DNA of 64,000 nucleotides from Nocardiopsis potens DSM 45234 (GTDB lineage: Bacteria > Actinomycetota > Actinomycetes > Streptosporangiales > Streptosporangiaceae): the NCBI RefSeq assembly GCF_000341105.1, contig NZ_ANBB01000055.1:44539-108538 (forward strand), in the 5' to 3' direction. The notes under the pieces were generated by a model that was not told the DNA's origin, did not search any database, and worked only from the letters and a program-made list of their open reading frames with translations. Of the stretch, positions 57,196 through 64,000 are shown piece after piece (the stretch's first letter is position 1; each line of letters starts with the position of its first letter). Both the position numbers and the translations under genes were made by a program.

Positions 57196-57642
57196 ATGAC
57201 CGAGCGCGTCCTGCGCCCCGTTCTCGACGAGGCCGCCGAGGACGGCGCGGAGCAGCGCCCCGGCGGCTTCCCGGTCGGCTTCTCCCTGCCCGGCGGGGCT
57301 CCCCGGCCCGCGCCGCCGTCCGAGGAGCAGGACGACGAGCCGCTGATGCGCGAGGCGGTCGGCGCGCTGCTCCGCCGGGTCCGCCTGGAGCAGGGGCGGA
57401 CGCTGCGCGAGGTCGCCGACGCCGCCCAGGTGTCGCTGCCCTACCTCTCCGAGGTCGAGCGCGGCCGCAAGGAGCCGTCCTCCGAGGTCCTCGCGGCGAT
57501 CCGGCGCGCCCTCGGGCTCCGGCTGATCGACCTGATCGGCGGCCTCCACCTGGACCTGGCCTCGGCCGAGGCGATCCCGTCCCGCCCGTCCGCCGGCGCC
57601 GCCCGCTTCGGCGGCCCCCGCGCCCTGCTGCTGGCCGCCTGA
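57196..57642 (+). CDS. XRE-family HTH regulator of the ClgR/PopR type (ends in Ala-Ala)
   Basis: HTH RTLREVADAAQVSLPYLSEVERGRKEPSSEVLAAIRRALGL. The C-terminal ...LLLAA-COOH resembles the ClpP-dependent degron of ClgR/PopR. Immediately downstream of clpP-clpP. Confidence 0.65.
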   Translation: MTERVLRPVLDEAAEDGAEQRPGGFPVGFSLPGGAPRPAPPSEEQDDEPLMREAVGALLRRVRLEQGRTLREVADAAQVSLPYLSEVERGRKEPSSEVLAAIRRALGLRLIDLIGGLHLDLASAEAIPSRPSAGAARFGGPRALLLAA

Positions 57643-57727
57643 GGGGATCCCCGGCGTACTTCCGGATGGTGCGCTCTCTGGAGCGAAAGGCCGTGGAACC
57701 AAGTGGTCCATGTGTACCATCGGTTCC

Positions 57728-57994
57728 ATGAGCGAGATTCCCGTCGAGTCCATCCGGCAGGTCCGTGACCACTTGGCCGATGTCGTCGACCGAGCGGACA
57801 GGGAAGACGAGCCGACGGTGATCACCAGGCGCGGGAGAGAGGTGGCCGCCGTCGTTCCGATCGATATGCTCCGCCGCTTCCAGGAGTACGAGGAGCAGGC
57901 CATCATCCGCATGGTCCGGGAGCGGATGGCCAACCCCGAGCCGGGAATCCCGCTTGAAGAGGTCATGGCGGAAACGCTGGCGCGGCCGGAATGA
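57728..57994 (+). CDS. Type II antitoxin, Phd/YefM family
   Basis: MSEIPVESIRQVRDHLADVVDRADREDEPTVITRRGREVAAVV - typical YefM N-terminal fold. Stop overlaps the toxin start (ATGA). Confidence 0.7.
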   Translation: MSEIPVESIRQVRDHLADVVDRADREDEPTVITRRGREVAAVVPIDMLRRFQEYEEQAIIRMVRERMANPEPGIPLEEVMAETLARPE

Positions 57995-58251
57995 CGGGGT
58001 ACAAGACGGTCTTCCGCCCTGAAGCCCGCGCGGAGCTGCGCAAGCTTCCCCGGGCCACTGCGATGAAGATCCTGCGCAAACTGGGTGAGTTGGAGAGTGA
58101 TCCGTTCGGTTTCAACACCACCGCACTGGTCGGCGATCCGGATCTGCGCAGGCTCAGAGTGGGGGACTACCGGGTCATCTACACCGTTGAAGCAGGACGG
58201 CTGATCATCTGGGTGATGAAAGTCGGTCACCGCTCGGGGATCTACGACTGA
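57991..58251 (+). CDS. Type II toxin, RelE/ParE/YoeB superfamily
   Basis: 86 aa. C-terminal RVGDYRVIYTVEAGRLIIWVMKVGHRSGIY as in RelE/ParE toxins. Confidence 0.7.
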   Translation: MTGYKTVFRPEARAELRKLPRATAMKILRKLGELESDPFGFNTTALVGDPDLRRLRVGDYRVIYTVEAGRLIIWVMKVGHRSGIYD

Positions 58252-58312
58252 ACCGGGCCGCCTCCCCGTCGGGAAGGCGGCCCGGTTCGGCTCTGCCCGG
58301 TGCCGGCCGGGG

Positions 58313-60919
<2,607 letters not shown>

Positions 60920-61027
60920 CTGTTCGCCGCCCCCTTCACGCGAATCATCGAACGGTCGTGCAAATCGGTCCGGGCCGGGGCGCACCGGCGCCCCCGGCCG
61001 CCGCGCCGGCCCCGCCGAGGGGGCCGG

Positions 61028-61486
61028 TCACTCGCCCTGGTCGCCCTGCCCGTCCTGGGGGCGGCCCGGGTGCGCCGCGGGGTTGAAGATGGTCACCCGG
61101 GTGCGCCGCACCGGGATCAGCTCGCCCCCCTTGGGGCGGGGCGCGCCGCCGCGCCGGGCGACCGCGCTGCGCGCCGCCTCCAGCTCGTTGTGCAGGTGGA
61201 ACACGGTCTCCCGGAGCTCCTCCACCTCCTGCTGCAGCTCCAGGATCCGCTTGATCCCGGCGAGGTTGATGCCCTCCTCCTGGGAGAGCCGCTGCACCTC
61301 GCGGAGGAGCCGGATGTCGCGCATCGAGTAGCGCCGGCCGCGGCCGGAGGTCCGGCCCGGACGGACCAGGCCCAGCCGGTCGTACTGGCGCAGCGTCTGC
61401 GGGTGGAGTCCGGAGAGTTCGGCGGCGACCGAGATCACGTAGACCGGGATGTCGTCGCCGACGCCGCCGTAGTTCATCGTGTTCAC
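61028..61486 (-). CDS. hspR: Heat-shock repressor HspR (MerR family)
   Basis: VYVISVAAELSGLHPQTLRQYDRLGLVRPGRTSGRGRRYSMRDIRLL matches the HspR HTH. Located downstream of dnaJ as in the dnaK operon. Confidence 0.9.
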   Translation of the reverse strand: MNTMNYGGVGDDIPVYVISVAAELSGLHPQTLRQYDRLGLVRPGRTSGRGRRYSMRDIRLLREVQRLSQEEGINLAGIKRILELQQEVEELRETVFHLHNELEAARSAVARRGGAPRPKGGELIPVRRTRVTIFNPAAHPGRPQDGQGDQGE

Positions 61487-62643
61487 GCTCCCTTGGCCCG
61501 GGCCTCCAGCCCGCGGCGCGGATCCTGGTCGGAGGTGGCGGCCCGGTACTTCTCCAGCGCCTCGCGGGCTTCGCTCCCGAGGTTCTGCGGCACCTGCACC
61601 TCGACGGTGACCAGCAGGTCGCCGAGGGTGCCGTCGCGGCGCCGGGAGCCCTTGCCGCGCACCCGCAGGGTCCGCCCGCTGGGCGTGCCCGGCGGGATCT
61701 TCACGGTGACCGACACCCCGTTCATCGTGGGCACCCGGATGTCCGCGCCGAGCACGGCCTCCGGGAAGGTCACCGGGACGGTGATGGTCAGGTTCTCCCC
61801 GGACTTGCCGAACACCGGGTGTTTCTGCACGTGCACCACCACATAGAGGTCTCCGGCCGGTCCCCCGTTCTCACCCGGCGCTCCCTTCCCCGCGATCTTG
61901 ATCCGCTGGCCGTCGGAGACGCCGGCGGGGATGCGGGCCTGAATCCTGCGGGTGCTCTTGCCGCGCCCGCTGCCGCTGCAGGTCGGGCAGGGGTCGTCGG
62001 TGACCAGACCGCGCCCCTTGCACTCGCTGCACGGCTCGGACAGCGAGAAGCCGCCCAGGTTCTTGCTCTCGTGGCCGGTGCCCGCGCACTTGGGGCAGAC
62101 CTTCGGCGCGCTGCCCGCCCGGGCGCCGCTGCCCTTGCAGGTCGGGCAGGCGGCGTCGCTGCTCAGCGCGAACGACCGGGTGACGCCCTCGGCCGCCTCG
62201 TTGAAGGTCAGCGTGGTCTCGGTCTCCACATCGGCGCCGCGCCGCGAGGACGCGGACCGGCCCCGCCCGCCGAACAGCCCGCCGAACAGGTCGCTCAGCC
62301 GCTCGCCGCCGCCCGGCGTGCCGGTCCCCCCGCCGCCGGCCCCGCCGAACAGGTCCCCGAGGTCGAATCCGCCCGCACCGGTTCCCCCGCCCGGCCGGTA
62401 AGACCCGCCGAACAGGGAGCGGGCGTCGTCGTACTCCTTGCGGCGCTTCTCGTCCGACAGGACGCTGTAGGCCTCGGAGATCTCCTTGAAGCGCTCCTCG
62501 GCCTGCGCGTCGCCGGTGTTGGCGTCGGGGTGGTTGGCGCGGGCGAGCTTGCGGTAGGCGGACTTGATCTCGTCCTGGGACGCCGACTTCGAGACTCCGA
62601 GGACCTTGTAGTAGTCCTTCTCGAGGTAGTCCTTGGTGCTCAT
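61483..62643 (-). CDS. dnaJ: Molecular chaperone DnaJ
   Basis: J-domain with HPD (ANHPDAN), Gly-rich region, four CxxCxGxG zinc-finger repeats. Stop overlaps hspR start. Confidence 0.95.
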   Translation of the reverse strand: MSTKDYLEKDYYKVLGVSKSASQDEIKSAYRKLARANHPDANTGDAQAEERFKEISEAYSVLSDEKRRKEYDDARSLFGGSYRPGGGTGAGGFDLGDLFGGAGGGGTGTPGGGERLSDLFGGLFGGRGRSASSRRGADVETETTLTFNEAAEGVTRSFALSSDAACPTCKGSGARAGSAPKVCPKCAGTGHESKNLGGFSLSEPCSECKGRGLVTDDPCPTCSGSGRGKSTRRIQARIPAGVSDGQRIKIAGKGAPGENGGPAGDLYVVVHVQKHPVFGKSGENLTITVPVTFPEAVLGADIRVPTMNGVSVTVKIPPGTPSGRTLRVRGKGSRRRDGTLGDLLVTVEVQVPQNLGSEAREALEKYRAATSDQDPRRGLEARAKGA

Positions 62644-62739
62644 CGACGCGTGCCTTCTCCCGCTTCCGAGTCCGCTGTGTCCCGCTACCGGCGTCCCCCG
62701 CCCCGGGCGCGGCCATGCGCCCGGGGCGGGGGACTTCTC

Positions 62740-63462
62740 CTACTTCTCCTGCTGCCCGCCGTCGGCGGAGCCGGCCCCGGGGGCCTCCTCCTCCGCGGCG
62801 GCCTCCCCCTCGGGGGCGGCGTCCCCGTCCGCGGCGGGGGCGGGGGCCTCCTCCTCGGCGGGGCCCGCCACGACCACCCGGGCCGGGCGGAGCACCCGCT
62901 CGCCGATGAGGTACCCGGGCTGGAACACCTCGATCACCGTCGGCACCTCGACCCCGGGCTGGGGGACGAGGGTCAGGGCCTCGTGCACGTTGGGGTCGAA
63001 CTCGTCGCCCTTGTCCGCGTACTTCTTCAGCCCCAGCCGGGTGACCAGCGACTCCAGCGACTCCCCGACCGACTTGAAGCCGCCGTTGAGCTCGTCGTGC
63101 TCGCGGGCCCGCCCGATGTCGTCGAGGATCGGCAGCAGCTCGCCGAGGACCTGCGCCAGCGCCTGCTCCTTCACCGCCTGCCGGTCGCGATCGACCCGCT
63201 TGCGGTAGTTGGCGTACTCCGCCTGCAGCCGCTTGAGGTCGTCGGTGAGCTCGGAGACCCGGACGTCCGCCTCGACGGCCGCCACGGCCTCCGCGTCGAT
63301 CACCGGCTCCTGGGCGCCGGCGCCGGCCTCCTCCTCGGCGGCCGCCTCCGGCGCCTCCCCCTCCGGGGTCCGCAGCTCGCCGGTCTCCGGATCGATGCGC
63401 CGCTTGTCGCGGATCACCGGCCCTTCCCCCTTCTCGCCGTTACCGTTCTCCGGCAGCGCCAT
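62740..63462 (-). CDS. grpE: Nucleotide exchange factor GrpE
   Basis: GrpE signature LKRLQAEYANYRKRVDRDR ... HEALTLVP. Confidence 0.9.
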   Translation of the reverse strand: MALPENGNGEKGEGPVIRDKRRIDPETGELRTPEGEAPEAAAEEEAGAGAQEPVIDAEAVAAVEADVRVSELTDDLKRLQAEYANYRKRVDRDRQAVKEQALAQVLGELLPILDDIGRAREHDELNGGFKSVGESLESLVTRLGLKKYADKGDEFDPNVHEALTLVPQPGVEVPTVIEVFQPGYLIGERVLRPARVVVAGPAEEEAPAPAADGDAAPEGEAAAEEEAPGAGSADGGQQEK

Positions 63463-63500
63463 TCGCTGCGCCTCCTTGCCTCGAAGAGTCCGGCCGCCGG

Positions 63501-64000
63501 TCAGGCGTTCCCGTCGCGCTTGCCGTTGTCCTCGTCGACGATCTCGGCGTCGACGACGTCCGGCTCCTCCTGGTCCTGCGCGGCACCGGCGCCGGCGGCG
63601 CCGTCGGCCGCCTGCTGCTGGCCGTAGATCGCCGAACCGATCTTCTGGCTGGCCAGGGCGACCTTCTCGCTGGCGGAGCGGATGGCCTCGATGTCCGAGC
63701 CCTCCAGGGCCTTCTTGAGCTCGCCCACGGCGGTCTCGGTCTCGGTCTTCACCTCGGCCGGGATCTTGTCCTCGTTGTCCTTGATGACCTTCTCGGTCTG
63801 GTAGACGAGGGACTCGGCGTTGTTGCGGACCTCGGCCTCCTCGCGGCGCTTGCGGTCCTCCTCGGCGTACTGCTCGGCCTCGCGGACCATCCGGTCGATG
63901 TCGTCCTTGGACATCGCCGAGCCGCCGGAGATGGTGACCGACTGCTCCTTGCCGGTGCCCAGGTCCTTCGCGGTCACGTTGACGATGCCGTTGGCGTCGA
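63501..64000 (-). CDS. dnaK: Molecular chaperone DnaK (C-terminal part only; gene continues beyond the window)
   Basis: ...[63 protein letters not shown]... is the Hsp70 substrate-binding/lid region. Stop at 63501. Confidence 0.9.
   Translation of the reverse strand, partial: DANGIVNVTAKDLGTGKEQSVTISGGSAMSKDDIDRMVREAEQYAEEDRKRREEAEVRNNAESLVYQTEKVIKDNEDKIPAEVKTETETAVGELKKALEGSDIEAIRSASEKVALASQKIGSAIYGQQQAADGAAGAGAAQDQEEPDVVDAEIVDEDNGKRDGNA

Overview
This window is high-GC (roughly 70% or more) actinomycete chromosomal DNA, Streptomyces-like in gene content. Reading 5' to 3', the housekeeping and accessory content is:
- a tail of one glycine-betaine-type ABC substrate-binding gene and a full paralog, either side of a PQQ-like beta-propeller gene
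- an alpha/beta hydrolase, an M48 peptidase and a CPBP protease
- purL, purQ and purS, with two unrelated genes interleaved among them
- an M. tuberculosis SigE-like ECF sigma factor
- a three-gene branched-chain keto-acid dehydrogenase operon (E1 alpha, E1 beta, E2)
- a PhzF-family protein, a DUF6221 protein and a glutamate decarboxylase

After a ~1.2 kb non-coding region built from inverted arrays of ~75-bp tandem repeats comes a minus-strand terpene cluster. In transcription order it encodes a family 2B encapsulin shell protein with a cNMP-binding-like domain, a two-domain geosmin-synthase-like terpene cyclase, a second family 2B shell protein, a polyprenyl diphosphate synthase, a second ~115-bp tandem-repeat array, an IspH carrying an unusual ~105-aa N-terminal extension, and an FAD-dependent disulfide oxidoreductase. 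I rate this two-shell encapsulin / terpene cyclase / IspH cluster as the most interesting system in the window.

Downstream of the cluster lie:
- a membrane histidine kinase and a NarL-type response regulator split by an RHH-PIN toxin-antitoxin pair, then an MFS transporter
- assorted regulators (XRE, MerR, TetR, AraC), two Uma2/DUF820 endonuclease paralogs and an AlkZ-like glycosylase
- an NfeD-like / flotillin / 1672-aa AAA+ ATPase operon
- clpP-clpP with a ClgR/PopR-like regulator, and a YefM-RelE-like toxin-antitoxin pair
- clpB, hspR, dnaJ, grpE and the 3' end of dnaK

Three copies of a ~60-bp REP-like palindrome sit in the first 8 kb. Many long ORFs in the six-frame track are GC-bias artefacts overlapping real genes and are not reported.
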